Shown: positions 10,332-20,788 of the stretch, piece after piece
Layout of the letters: each line of letters begins with the position of its first letter
Numbering within the stretch: the first letter of the stretch is position 1
Source of the DNA: Promethearchaeota archaeon
Lineage (GTDB): Archaea; Asgardarchaeota; Lokiarchaeia; Sigyniarchaeales; SOKP01
Length of the DNA: 64,000 nt
Direction: 5' to 3'
Assembly (NCBI GenBank): GCA_048940445.1
Contig: JBHLON010000004.1
Span: 1 to 64,000, forward strand
Notes under the pieces: model-generated
Told to the model about the DNA's origin: nothing
The model's input: the letters and a program-made list of their open reading frames with translations, nothing else
Databases searched by the model: none
Translations under genes and position numbers: made by a program

Positions 10332-11003
10332 ATGATTGAAGCCATTGATGTAAATAAAGAATATCGCAGAGCAGGAGCTATTATTCGTGCATTAGCAGAT
10401 ATTAATTTAACGATTAAATCAGGAGAATTTGTGATCGTGCAAGGTCCAACTGGTTGCGGAAAATCAACCCTGTTAAACGTGATTTCTGGTTTGGATCTCC
10501 CAGATAGTGGGAGAATTATCTTTGATGGAGAAAACATCGCTCGTGCGACTGAGGATAGACTAAGTAAAATAAGAAGACAAAAAATTGGATTTGTATTTCA
10601 AGATTTTAACTTAGTTCCTACTCTAACAGCTATAGAAAATGTTATGGCTCTTTTATGGCCAACGGTCCTCCGTGAAAAAGAGATAGAAAATCGAGCAATA
10701 GCTGCTTTAAGAGATGTAAATCTGCTTGAAAGAAAAGATCATTACCCCGTACAAATGTCAGGCGGTGAGAAGCAACGGTGTGGTTTAGCGAGAGCTATCG
10801 TCCATCGCCCAAGAGTAATACTTGCAGATGAGCCAACAGGTAATCTTGACCCACAAAGCGAAAAAGATGTAATGGACTTATTAAAACAAATAAATAAAGA
10901 TATGGAGACAACCGTCATAGTTGTTACACATCGTGGGTCGTTAGCATCATATGCAAATAAAGTAATTCAGATGGAAAAGGGCGCAATATTAAACATTAAG
11001 TAA
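10332..11003 (+). CDS. ABC ATPase, LolD/MacB/FtsE type
   Basis: GPTGCGKST, GFVFQDFNL, MSGGEKQR, LADEPTGNLD, VVTH. Confidence 0.95.
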   Translation: MIEAIDVNKEYRRAGAIIRALADINLTIKSGEFVIVQGPTGCGKSTLLNVISGLDLPDSGRIIFDGENIARATEDRLSKIRRQKIGFVFQDFNLVPTLTAIENVMALLWPTVLREKEIENRAIAALRDVNLLERKDHYPVQMSGGEKQRCGLARAIVHRPRVILADEPTGNLDPQSEKDVMDLLKQINKDMETTVIVVTHRGSLASYANKVIQMEKGAILNIK

Positions 11004-11205
11004 ATTTTATTTTTTCAATTTTTATGAAATTAGTAATAATTTAGCATTATCTAAATCCAAAATATTAATAGCATTAATTTAGATATTTCAGTTAATAAAA
11101 ATTGGACTAGAACAAAATTATAAATATAAAAATCAAGTTTGATTTAGTAAGAGAATATCAAATATATTCAAATTAACTTTAATACATCTAATTGAGGACA
11201 TTAAT

Positions 11206-11949
11206 ATGGGATTTGGTCGAGTTGTATGGAGTGGAATCGTGGGCATGATTTTGTTAGCTCTCTTTTCTTGGGTTTCTTTTAGTTTATTAGATTTAACGAG
11301 CAGTATTACAGGGGGATTAATTGATGACTTAAACGTTGCGCTTTCCTCATTAGGTACACTTTTACCCGGGGGGGGCTTTTTATCGATTTTATTGAGTATG
11401 TTTTTAGGGCTTATAATGATATTACTCTTCCCAATACATTGGTGCCTTTATTATCGCCCAGATGATGTTTTATTACTAGTTTCAGTGATTCTTCCGTGGA
11501 TTTTAGCTTGTACTGTAGCTAGTGCACTTTCTGCTAAAACTCCTAAAAAAGCAATTCACACCAGTTTAGCTATTGGGATAGGGTTTATTATTGTAACTTT
11601 TGTAATTTACTTTCTAATACCTTTAATTCTCGGGCGTATTGCTGGAATAGGGTCATTAGTTGTAAGTGTAATAGATGGATTGTCAGAAGGATTAACGGAT
11701 TTGCCTTTTCTCCTAGCTTCTTTTACAGCAATTCTAGAAGGATGTTTAGTTGGGACTGTTTTTGGAGCATTTATAGGTAGTTTAAGATACAAACCCGCAG
11801 GAGGGAAAAAGAAAGTAAAGAAGAAGGAGAAGAAAGTTGAAGTTTCAAATGAGCCTACATTGGATAGCGCAGCTATTTGTAGCAATTGCGGAGCAAAAAT
11901 ACCACCCGGAGTTGATTTTTGCACAAATTGTGGAGCTAAAGTAAATTGA
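11206..11949 (+). CDS. Membrane protein with C-terminal zinc ribbon
   Basis: About 5 TM segments, a Lys-rich linker, CSNCG...CTNCG. Confidence 0.8.
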   Translation: MGFGRVVWSGIVGMILLALFSWVSFSLLDLTSSITGGLIDDLNVALSSLGTLLPGGGFLSILLSMFLGLIMILLFPIHWCLYYRPDDVLLLVSVILPWILACTVASALSAKTPKKAIHTSLAIGIGFIIVTFVIYFLIPLILGRIAGIGSLVVSVIDGLSEGLTDLPFLLASFTAILEGCLVGTVFGAFIGSLRYKPAGGKKKVKKKEKKVEVSNEPTLDSAAICSNCGAKIPPGVDFCTNCGAKVN

Positions 11950-12090
11950 TAAATTATTTAATTAAAAATTTTTTTCCCCATTATTTGTTATTAGGAAAAT
12001 ATGAAAATTCAAATTGCTTACTCTAAAAAAGACATTTTAAATTAGTAGATCATTATATATATCATAATAAATTCATAGTAAGGTTAAGAG

Positions 12091-13101
12091 ATGTCAAAAC
12101 AAGTTAAAGGGGTTATAGTTTCCCGTTTAATTGTACTCTTGGCAATTATTCTAGTTCCTTTGAGTATCTTTTTTATTTATGCTTTAGTAGATTTTAGTTT
12201 ATGGTATACTGGAGACCCGATTTTTACCTTCTGGATGGTAAAGTTAGTATGTCCATTAGTTTTTAGTATTTCTTGGTTATTTTTCTTGATATTATTTGCT
12301 AATCGATTTGCTAATACTATGGATTCATTTGATGACATCATTAGTGTTGTCCCATCAAGATTAAAATTTTTCTACGGAATTAATGCGATTTACATTTTAT
12401 TTATCTTTGCGTTTCCCTTGATTACCCCTGTAATTTCAATTTTGAGTTTTGCTTCTTTTGCTTGGCGTTTGACTACATTCAGAAAAGAAAGTTGGGAGGA
12501 AAATACTAAAATATCTTTTTTTACAAAATTCATGATAGTTTTTGCAGCATTAATTCCACTTTTCTGCACTATCAGCATAGTTCCCCAATATCTAGATTTA
12601 CCATTATTCTTATGGAATAAGATTTGGTGGCCAAATATTGATTATATTTTTATGATTTCTTATTCATTATTCACTGCTTTAGCTATTGGATCTTTAATAA
12701 TCTTATTTTCAAATAAAGGTGTAAGTGAATATGAGCAAATTTTTGTCGATACAACAGAAAAGAAGAAATATTGGAATGTAAGAATTTTAGAAGTTATCCT
12801 CTTTGTATTCTTTTTTTGGTTAGATTATAGTAATTTTTCAATCATCCAAATGTTTTATATTGCCGGTTTTGTTATAATCATATTCATATCTATTGTGAAT
12901 TATATTCGTGGAAAATCTAAATATAAAGGCTTTAAGAGCCATATGTTTGGATATTTCGTAGCTGCAGTCTTTATTGCCTCAAATTTTGTCTTTACAGCTG
13001 ATGCTGAATTTTCGTTGTTTATAAGAACTGCAAGTCTACTTGTGTCCGCAATATTGTATATAAGCGTCTTGTTATATACTTTTTACCGTATTGAAGATTA
13101 A
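12091..13101 (+). CDS. Hypothetical polytopic membrane protein
   Basis: 336 aa with ~9 hydrophobic segments. Confidence 0.75.
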   Translation: MSKQVKGVIVSRLIVLLAIILVPLSIFFIYALVDFSLWYTGDPIFTFWMVKLVCPLVFSISWLFFLILFANRFANTMDSFDDIISVVPSRLKFFYGINAIYILFIFAFPLITPVISILSFASFAWRLTTFRKESWEENTKISFFTKFMIVFAALIPLFCTISIVPQYLDLPLFLWNKIWWPNIDYIFMISYSLFTALAIGSLIILFSNKGVSEYEQIFVDTTEKKKYWNVRILEVILFVFFFWLDYSNFSIIQMFYIAGFVIIIFISIVNYIRGKSKYKGFKSHMFGYFVAAVFIASNFVFTADAEFSLFIRTASLLVSAILYISVLLYTFYRIED

Positions 13102-13388
13102 GTACCAAACAAAAATAGAGCAAAAATAATTTATACTCTTAAATTGGTTTGACTTATTTGGTTAAGTAAGCTTCTTTACTACTATCATTGTTTCAAAACT
13201 GCTGTCTTCGATATCTTTCTAATTCCATGTTAAATAGGCTAACTTTTTATAAAAAAAATAGTAAATTTGCCAAGAAATAATCAAAAAGGTTTCAAATTTT
13301 TAATTTTCTATTCAATTAGAATATAAATTATTAAAAATCAAAAATTTAATTATTATTTTAAGAATCAATTTATCTATTAAAATTACTA

Positions 13389-15515
13389 ATGTGTGAGAAG
13401 ATGAAAAAAATAAATGGAAAAGCCTTAATGGTTATTACATTGTTTCTCGCATCAGTAGTCGCAACACCTGTCATGGTTACTGGATCCACTAATACTTTTG
13501 ATGATGGGATTAATTATAAGCAAGATGGAGAAAGTTTAATTCGAGAATTTCAAAAAGGTTTTGGTTCATTATTTGGGGGTATGGGTTACGGGGGACAGTT
13601 AATAGGTACTGTTTTTCAATTAATGTTATTACAAGTCTTTACTGATTTTGAAAGTACTGAGATACTTCCCGGTGTTTATGCTATAAGTGCATCATTAGAG
13701 GACTCTATAAATGGGACAAGACCTGCAGCTGGAACAGAATATTATATGGTACCCTTCTCCTATTATTTAAGTGCTTCTGATATTGCAAATAATGCTTCTA
13801 AATTTGGTTATGCTTATTGTGAAGTCACGAAAACGGGATTATATGATTTAAATTACACCGTAGGAGTTGGAATAACATTAATAATTTGGGATCATGATGG
13901 CTCATTTATTAATGCCCTTACAAAAGTACTAAATTTTTTCCGTACTCTCTCTACATATGAAGGAAGCTCTGCAGCAATACCTGAGGATTTAATTAAAGAA
14001 GGTGTGGAATTAATAACATGGTTTTTAATCCATATTAATGACATATTTACTGGAGATGAACTATTTATTCTTAACCCAATTACATGGCAAAAATTAGAAA
14101 TAACTCCGCACTCAGGTTTTAGTATTACAAAAACTATGAAAATCACAGGTTCGGATTGGAGTATTGATCCTTTAGATCAGGAGATAGATAATCTTACTTT
14201 GGGTAGTGATGGGGTTAATGGATCTGCTGTGTTAGATGATTGGAATGCTATCGCTAAAGCAAGAAAAGATAGTTATATGGAATGGTTATTAACTGAAACT
14301 GATAATATCGAGCTTGTTAAGACCGTTTACACTTCTTTTACATTTGATGTTATTCAATTATGGATTAAAAATTTTGAAATTCATATTAATGTTGCTGAAG
14401 CCTTAAACTTACTAAGCAATAATGATTCTGGTCCAATTAATCCTGCAAGTATCTTTCAAGGATTGGATATTGAATTTTATTTATTCACTCATCATTTAGC
14501 TGGGGCTTTCTTATACGACGATATCATTCCTGATGGAAAAGTTACAGTAGGTGATTATGTCAGAGTGAACAAAACTAACGGCGATCCAGTTTTGGTGGAT
14601 GGTGAAGAAGTTTTTGTACCTCATACGAATGAAATTACACATCGGATAATGCTCGGTTCAGTCGGTAGCTTTACTTTTGAAAAACCACATATTACAGGTA
14701 CAAATAAATTCTCTTGGGGATTAACTTTGAATCAGGCGCAAATTCGACCAGTTCCAATTGGAGTTGATTTAGCTTCATATTTAGGAGCTCAACCAGAAAA
14801 CCTTGCTTATATACACTTTGGATTTACATTTGAACCTAAAGAGATTGAATTACCCACATCTGGTGGAGGTAAGGTTCCTGTTTTATATGGGGCTCTAAAA
14901 GTGGATCAATTATTTGCTCCTTGGAATAATAACAGTTCACCATATGCAAATAATATTATAGATAATCTAGATCTTGCAATTTTATATGTATCGAGTGTTT
15001 TACATTTCCACTTGACAGTTGACACTCTTAGTGGTGAAGGAAATGAAATTTTAGATCCTTCACAGGATTATCAAGATGTACAACATAAGTTAACCATTGG
15101 AAATTATCTTGGAGAAGATATTGTTGGGAAGCTTGATTTTGTAGATATTGCAGGACCTTATTATGAATATGGTTCAGAAAGTTCAAGACTTCAAGCCAAT
15201 TCAACCACAGCAATTTTACCCTTAGCTCTTTTTAAAGCTGAAGTAAATGCGCATGAAACTTATGTGGGTAATCCTGGAGAAATAGAAACGTTTGCTGCTG
15301 ATATTCGTCTAAATATTTCCTATAATGTTATGCTTTATGCTGTTTGTTTCCCTGAATTTGAGGATGGTACTGGAATATGGAATGATCCTACATTCTCCGT
15401 ATATATGATTTTTGAGGCACAAGGATTTTGGGCAATAATTCTGTTAGTTGCAGGTGTTGGATTAGTTGGTGTAGCTACGATTTTAATCAAAAGGCGTAAA
15501 GACGCCCGTTTTTAA
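13389..15515 (+). CDS. Secreted, C-terminally membrane-anchored cell-surface glycoprotein
   Basis: Signal peptide MKKINGKALMVITLFLASVVATP (start probably 13401), ~11 N-x-S/T sequons, terminal TM helix followed by KRRK. Confidence 0.8.
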   Translation: MCEKMKKINGKALMVITLFLASVVATPVMVTGSTNTFDDGINYKQDGESLIREFQKGFGSLFGGMGYGGQLIGTVFQLMLLQVFTDFESTEILPGVYAISASLEDSINGTRPAAGTEYYMVPFSYYLSASDIANNASKFGYAYCEVTKTGLYDLNYTVGVGITLIIWDHDGSFINALTKVLNFFRTLSTYEGSSAAIPEDLIKEGVELITWFLIHINDIFTGDELFILNPITWQKLEITPHSGFSITKTMKITGSDWSIDPLDQEIDNLTLGSDGVNGSAVLDDWNAIAKARKDSYMEWLLTETDNIELVKTVYTSFTFDVIQLWIKNFEIHINVAEALNLLSNNDSGPINPASIFQGLDIEFYLFTHHLAGAFLYDDIIPDGKVTVGDYVRVNKTNGDPVLVDGEEVFVPHTNEITHRIMLGSVGSFTFEKPHITGTNKFSWGLTLNQAQIRPVPIGVDLASYLGAQPENLAYIHFGFTFEPKEIELPTSGGGKVPVLYGALKVDQLFAPWNNNSSPYANNIIDNLDLAILYVSSVLHFHLTVDTLSGEGNEILDPSQDYQDVQHKLTIGNYLGEDIVGKLDFVDIAGPYYEYGSESSRLQANSTTAILPLALFKAEVNAHETYVGNPGEIETFAADIRLNISYNVMLYAVCFPEFEDGTGIWNDPTFSVYMIFEAQGFWAIILLVAGVGLVGVATILIKRRKDARF

Positions 15516-15710
15516 ATTAACTTCAATTCTTTTTTTTATTATTTTTATTTTTGATTAGTTTTTTACCTATACCTAATGCAAAATCATTAATTCGCCAAAA
15601 AAGATTGAGGAAAAATTCCTTAATTAGATTTATGATCAAATCAAATTGAGGAGATACCGAAAGTAATAATAGGATGATGCATTAACACAATTACATTTTA
15701 ACAAAAATGA

Positions 15711-17552
15711 GTGAGGAAAATGCCAATTAAAAAGGATGATAAATATCAAGTTGATGAAAGTAAATTATGGTTTAAAAAATGGTGGCCAATCAATGTTCCC
15801 AAAAATGTTACCTTTGAAGAACAGACACTTAGCCAGTTTTTAGAGGAGCAAGTTAAAAAATATGGAGATAATAATTTTATTTGGTTTTTAGAAACATGGG
15901 TGACGTATAAAGAGTTTCATAATTATGTGGAAAGATTTGCTACCGCATTACATAATCTCGGAGTAAAGAAAGGTGATGTTGTTGCCATACTTATGGGAAA
16001 TTGCATTCAATATGCTGTTACATATTTCGCAACTGTGAGAATTGGAGCTATAGCGACAGGAGTAAATCCAACTTATAAGCCATTAGAAATTTTACACCAA
16101 TTAATATTAACCAATGCGAAAGTATTAATTACATATGATGCCTTTTTTGATGAAACAAGTAAGTCTCGCATAAAGAACAATTTACCTTATATTGGTGATA
16201 TCTTAGATAAGTCAAATTTAGAAATATTCATATATACGAATCTTGCTGACTTAGCACATGGTCTTGGTTTTAAAAGGGGATTAGGTAAAATGTTAGGAAT
16301 GATTCCTAAAGGAAAAGTAAAAGTAACTGGAGCGCACAAGTTTATGGATTTGCTTAAGACCGAACCTAATGTCCCACAAGTTGATATTGACGTAAAACTA
16401 CATCCAGCAACCTATATTATGACTGGAGGAACAACAGGATTACCTAAAGCTGCTGTATTGACTCATTTTAATTGTGTTTCTAATGCAAAACAATGTATGT
16501 ACTGGTTAGGTGGTGAAAAACCAGGAATTGGAAATGTAGGAGTTCTTCCATTTTTTCACAGTTTTGGTCATACAGTTATCATGAATACAACAATAGCATT
16601 TGGAGGATGGATTATGTTGTTCCCAACTCCGCCTCCCACTGAAGAATTATTAGAACATATAGAAAAACTCCCTGCACCAGAAGGTTTAATATATGCTGGG
16701 GCTGAGATCTTATTCAAAAGAATTGCTGATTTTCCACATTTAGAGAAATTTCCTAATCTCATGGGAAAATTAAAGTTAAGTATATCTGGAGCTGGTCCTT
16801 TACATGCTCCGGTGAGAGATTCTTTTGAAAAGAGTACTGGTGGTAGAATTGTCGAAGGATATGGACTTTCAGAAGCCAGTCCTGTTGTAAGTGCTGGAAA
16901 TTTATTTGGAAAAAGTCCTATTGGCACAATTGGTATGCCATTTAGTGGTACGGAATGGGGTATTTGGCCAACAGAAGATTTCAATGAAGGTCCCATTTGT
17001 TTAGGAAATCCAAATGAAACAACATTTGGAGAGGAACATACTGGTGAGATTTGTGTTCATGGTCCTCAAGTTATGTTAGAATATTTTAATCAGCCCGAAG
17101 AAACTGCTGATACAGTTAAAGAATATAATGGCAAATTATGGTTATTAACTGGCGATATTGGTTTTATGAATCCAGATGGGACTATCGAAATTCGAGATCG
17201 TAAAAAGCAACTAATTAAAGTAGCAGGTCATTCAGTATTTCCAAAGGAAGTTGAATCTATTTTGATGAAAAATGAAGCTGTTTCTGAAGCTGCTGTTTCA
17301 GGATTGCCTGATCCTGCTGGTAAAGTTGGAGAAATTGCAAAAGCTTGGGTAGAAATTAAACCAGAATATATCGGAAAAATAACTGAAGAAGAATTAAAAG
17401 CATGGGCTGAAGAGAATATGACCCATTGGAAAGTTCCAGCAATTATTGAGTTTATAAAGGAGGTACCTAAGGACGTACTTGGCAAAGTTCAACGCAGGAT
17501 TTTACAGATCAACGATCCCATATATAAAGATAAGTTTGGAGAACCTAAATAA
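15711..17552 (+). CDS. Long-chain fatty acid--CoA ligase (AMP-binding family)
   Basis: MTGGTTGLPK, EGYGLSEASP, TGDIG, DRKK and GKVQRR motifs. Confidence 0.92.
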   Translation: MRKMPIKKDDKYQVDESKLWFKKWWPINVPKNVTFEEQTLSQFLEEQVKKYGDNNFIWFLETWVTYKEFHNYVERFATALHNLGVKKGDVVAILMGNCIQYAVTYFATVRIGAIATGVNPTYKPLEILHQLILTNAKVLITYDAFFDETSKSRIKNNLPYIGDILDKSNLEIFIYTNLADLAHGLGFKRGLGKMLGMIPKGKVKVTGAHKFMDLLKTEPNVPQVDIDVKLHPATYIMTGGTTGLPKAAVLTHFNCVSNAKQCMYWLGGEKPGIGNVGVLPFFHSFGHTVIMNTTIAFGGWIMLFPTPPPTEELLEHIEKLPAPEGLIYAGAEILFKRIADFPHLEKFPNLMGKLKLSISGAGPLHAPVRDSFEKSTGGRIVEGYGLSEASPVVSAGNLFGKSPIGTIGMPFSGTEWGIWPTEDFNEGPICLGNPNETTFGEEHTGEICVHGPQVMLEYFNQPEETADTVKEYNGKLWLLTGDIGFMNPDGTIEIRDRKKQLIKVAGHSVFPKEVESILMKNEAVSEAAVSGLPDPAGKVGEIAKAWVEIKPEYIGKITEEELKAWAEENMTHWKVPAIIEFIKEVPKDVLGKVQRRILQINDPIYKDKFGEPK

Positions 17553-17766
17553 AATTTTAATATCTCTATTTTTTCTATTTTCATTTATTTATTAGTTGTA
17601 TAAAATTTTTGCTTTTTAGTCTAAAATTTTTGTAAGAGACATCAATTAGATTAAAGAAGTTAAAAGTTCTATTTTATTAGAATATTAATTATTAAATGTT
17701 TACATTTTTTCTATAATGGTATACAAAAAATCTATTTTAATTTAAACTATACGAGGATCTTCAAAT

Positions 17767-18657
17767 ATTACTGAACTAAATATTTTTATCTTAGATAAAG
17801 TAATTCAAGAGTTTGCTCCTGAGCTTGCTGAGCTCTACAATATCAGAGAAGATGAATCAGAAGAACAGCAAGTAAAAACAGGGCGTCTTCATGAAAATAG
17901 AATTTTAGGAATTCTATTAAAATTTTATCTTGATGGAAAGAAAAAAGTGACCACACGAGAAGTAGAACTAGAATACCAAAAATATTTTAAAGAAATCGCC
18001 AGATCGACTATCTCTACCTATCTTAATATGTTAAAGAAAGAATCTACTTTATGTAAAGAGAGGGATGGGAGATTAGTATATTATAAATTCTATGAAGAGC
18101 CTCCAGTCAATATCAACCCTTTTTGGTTTACTAGACTCTTTTGCGTAGATCCGGTTTACTTTTTTAGAGCAATCTACTTTTCGAGTATTTATTCAATAGC
18201 AGAAAAAATAGTCCAAGAATATATAAGTAATGGAAACTTTAAGGAAGTTTTAATTAATTTCAAGTACATACTCGGTCTAATAGTACTTTGCATCCTTAAG
18301 AATAAGGTTAATAAATGTGTTTTATGTCAATTTGGAAAACATGAAAAGTATGATGAATTAAATGAAACCTTAGCTATTGCATTAAAAGATAGAACTGATG
18401 TATTACCTGATGAATTAATTATAAATCTGAGAGAAAACTATTCAGAGATTCCTCTTTTTGGCGGAATCAATTTCAGCATCACTGAGAAAGAAATTGATAT
18501 GATAAAACAGTTAGTTAATTACGCGAATATATATAAGAAGGATCTAGATTTTCAATTTATGGTATTAAACAGGAGAATCGAAACAAGAACTCTAGAAAGT
18601 ACTCATATTGAAAGCACTGAATTAGATTCAAAAGAAGAAAAACAATTAATCAATTAA
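17767..18657 (+). CDS. Winged-helix domain protein, putative regulator
   Basis: VTTREVELEY...IARSTISTYLNMLKKE...RDGRLVYYKF is a wHTH. The frame is open upstream of GTG 17947 to a stop at 17743, and GAGGA at 17753 precedes ATT at 17767. Confidence 0.7.
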   Translation: MTELNIFILDKVIQEFAPELAELYNIREDESEEQQVKTGRLHENRILGILLKFYLDGKKKVTTREVELEYQKYFKEIARSTISTYLNMLKKESTLCKERDGRLVYYKFYEEPPVNINPFWFTRLFCVDPVYFFRAIYFSSIYSIAEKIVQEYISNGNFKEVLINFKYILGLIVLCILKNKVNKCVLCQFGKHEKYDELNETLAIALKDRTDVLPDELIINLRENYSEIPLFGGINFSITEKEIDMIKQLVNYANIYKKDLDFQFMVLNRRIETRTLESTHIESTELDSKEEKQLIN

Positions 18658-18663
18658 AAACTC

Positions 18664-19191
18664 TTATATATGAGAATTATCTAACATACTTTTTGTCAAT
18701 GCCTCAAATGTTTCTTCAACATTTTCTCCGGTTTTACTTGAACATTCGATAAATCCATCAACACCTCTTGATCTAGCAATTTTAATACCTTCTTCTGAAG
18801 AAACTTCACGATTTGAACTGAGATCTGCTTTGCCTCCGACAACAATAATGGGGAATTCATCCTCTGCTTTAATTTCTTTTCTTATGACTGTTAACCAATC
18901 ATCTATATGTGCTATTGATGAGTAATTTGTGATATCATACATGAATAAGCCCCCTTTAGCACCTCTTACGTATGTAGGAAGTAAAAATCTAAATCGTTCT
19001 TCTCCACCAAAATCCCAGATTTGTAACTTAACTTTTTTAGTATCAATTTCGAGGCTTTTTACCTCAAAATCGACCCCGATTGTCATCTTAGAATCAGAAA
19101 CAAACAGATTTGTTAGAAATCTTTGAGTTAGGGTGGTTTTCCCGCAACCAGCATCGCCAAAAATTACAATCTTAAAAGTAGCATCGTACAT
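18664..19191 (-). CDS. Rab-like small GTPase
   Basis: GDAGCGKT, IGVDF, KLQIWDFGGEERF, GGKAD, CSSK. Confidence 0.93.
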   Translation of the reverse strand: MYDATFKIVIFGDAGCGKTTLTQRFLTNLFVSDSKMTIGVDFEVKSLEIDTKKVKLQIWDFGGEERFRFLLPTYVRGAKGGLFMYDITNYSSIAHIDDWLTVIRKEIKAEDEFPIIVVGGKADLSSNREVSSEEGIKIARSRGVDGFIECSSKTGENVEETFEALTKSMLDNSHI

Positions 19192-19401
19192 TTTTTCTTT
19201 TTACCTTTACAAGTTGTATTACTAGCTCTTTTTTATACTCTTTTTGAAATTTGAATATATTTTATGAGATTTTTAATTCGATTTCTATTATAAATAATTT
19301 TATTCACATATATAAATCTTTAAATAGTCAATTAAAAAAATATGCTATACTCTTAAAAATTTATTAAAAGTTTCCATTAAAAAAATTATCGGATTTGAAA
19401 A

Positions 19402-19986
19402 TTATTTAATGGGTGAAAAATTATTTTTTATCTCGTCATATCTAAAACAATCAATAATGTGATCATTCACCAAGCCAACAGCTTGCATGAAAGCATATAT
19501 TATGGTTGAACCTATAAACTTGAATCCTCTTTTTTTTAAATCTTTACTTATTTTGTCTGATAATTCTGTGCGGGAAGGAAGCTCATCTAATGATTGCCAT
19601 GTGTTAAGTATAGGAATATTATTAGCAAAACCCCATAAATAATTATCAAAGGATCCAAATTCCTCCTGTATCTTTATAAAGGCTTTAGAATTAGTAATAA
19701 CTGCTTGAATTTTTAACCGATTTCTAATAATACCTTTATTTTGAAGAAGTTTCTCTAATTTACCTTCATTATATTCGGAAATCTTATTATAATTAAAATT
19801 ATCAAAAGCGTTTCTAAAATTTTCTCGTTTTTTAAGAATAGTACTCCAACTTAATCCTGCCTGCATTCCTTCTAAGGTCAAGAACTCAAACAGTACGATG
19901 TCATCATGCTGAGGGACTCCCCATTCATTATCATGATATTTTGTCATTAAGACATCATTATAAACCCATTTACATCTTCTTACCAT
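19402..19986 (-). CDS. tag: DNA-3-methyladenine glycosylase I
   Basis: RCxW...YHDNEWG, LEGMQAGLSW, IIRNRLKI, VNDH...C. Confidence 0.95.
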   Translation of the reverse strand: MVRRCKWVYNDVLMTKYHDNEWGVPQHDDIVLFEFLTLEGMQAGLSWSTILKKRENFRNAFDNFNYNKISEYNEGKLEKLLQNKGIIRNRLKIQAVITNSKAFIKIQEEFGSFDNYLWGFANNIPILNTWQSLDELPSRTELSDKISKDLKKRGFKFIGSTIIYAFMQAVGLVNDHIIDCFRYDEIKNNFSPIK

Positions 19987-20074
19987 AAGTATCTCGAAAA
20001 TTCCTTTCTTTAAATTATTAATATATTTTAATTAATAGAAAATAAATATATATTTACCTTGAATATCGATCATT

Positions 20075-20530
20075 ATGAATTATTGTCTAGATTTTGGGTC
20101 AAAAGTAAAGTCTTTTTGGAAAGTTTGTGCGAAATGTGGTCATTACTTACCTAGAGAAGGAAGATTTATAACTACACATAAGAAACCCGAAATTCAAATT
20201 AAAAAGGTAGAAACTGCGATCTCAACAGATAACTATCCTAATTTTAAGCCAAAAAAGACTTATGGTCCTTTTGCTTTAATATTTGGAATGATAGGACTTT
20301 TCTTATCACTTGTAATCATAATTATTAGAATTAAGCAAATAATTTTAATTTCTACTGGATTACTCATTAATAATTTTTTTATAATTTTCATAGGATTATT
20401 AGCGGTTATTTTTGGTATTGTTGGAATTTTCAAAGATGATTCACAAGATATGGCGATAGTAGGATTGGTTTTTGGAACATTTATCTTTGTATTATTCTTT
20501 TTTAGGGTTGGATTGTATATTAGATCCTAA
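20075..20530 (+). CDS. Zinc-ribbon + 3-TM membrane protein, paralog 1 (first CxxC degenerate)
   Basis: MNYCLDFGSKVKSFWKVCAKCG versus MNYCPNCGTKVESFWNVCANCG in its neighbours. Confidence 0.75.
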   Translation: MNYCLDFGSKVKSFWKVCAKCGHYLPREGRFITTHKKPEIQIKKVETAISTDNYPNFKPKKTYGPFALIFGMIGLFLSLVIIIIRIKQIILISTGLLINNFFIIFIGLLAVIFGIVGIFKDDSQDMAIVGLVFGTFIFVLFFFRVGLYIRS

Positions 20531-20788
20531 ATCTTCATTTATCCACCACTTCCACCCTGCGATTTTTCTTTATTAAAAAAATTTATAAGATTTTTTGATA
20601 TATTTATCAATTTTTGAATAATATTTTAATTCAGAAGTACAATTGATTTTATGATTAATTGCTTTTATTATACACTAACTTAGAATTGTTTTGAATATTA
20701 GAGGGCAAGTACTTGGAGAGTGTTTTTCTTTTTTTTATATAGTTTAATCTTTAGGATAAAAAATATAAATTAATGTTGAATATTGTGA

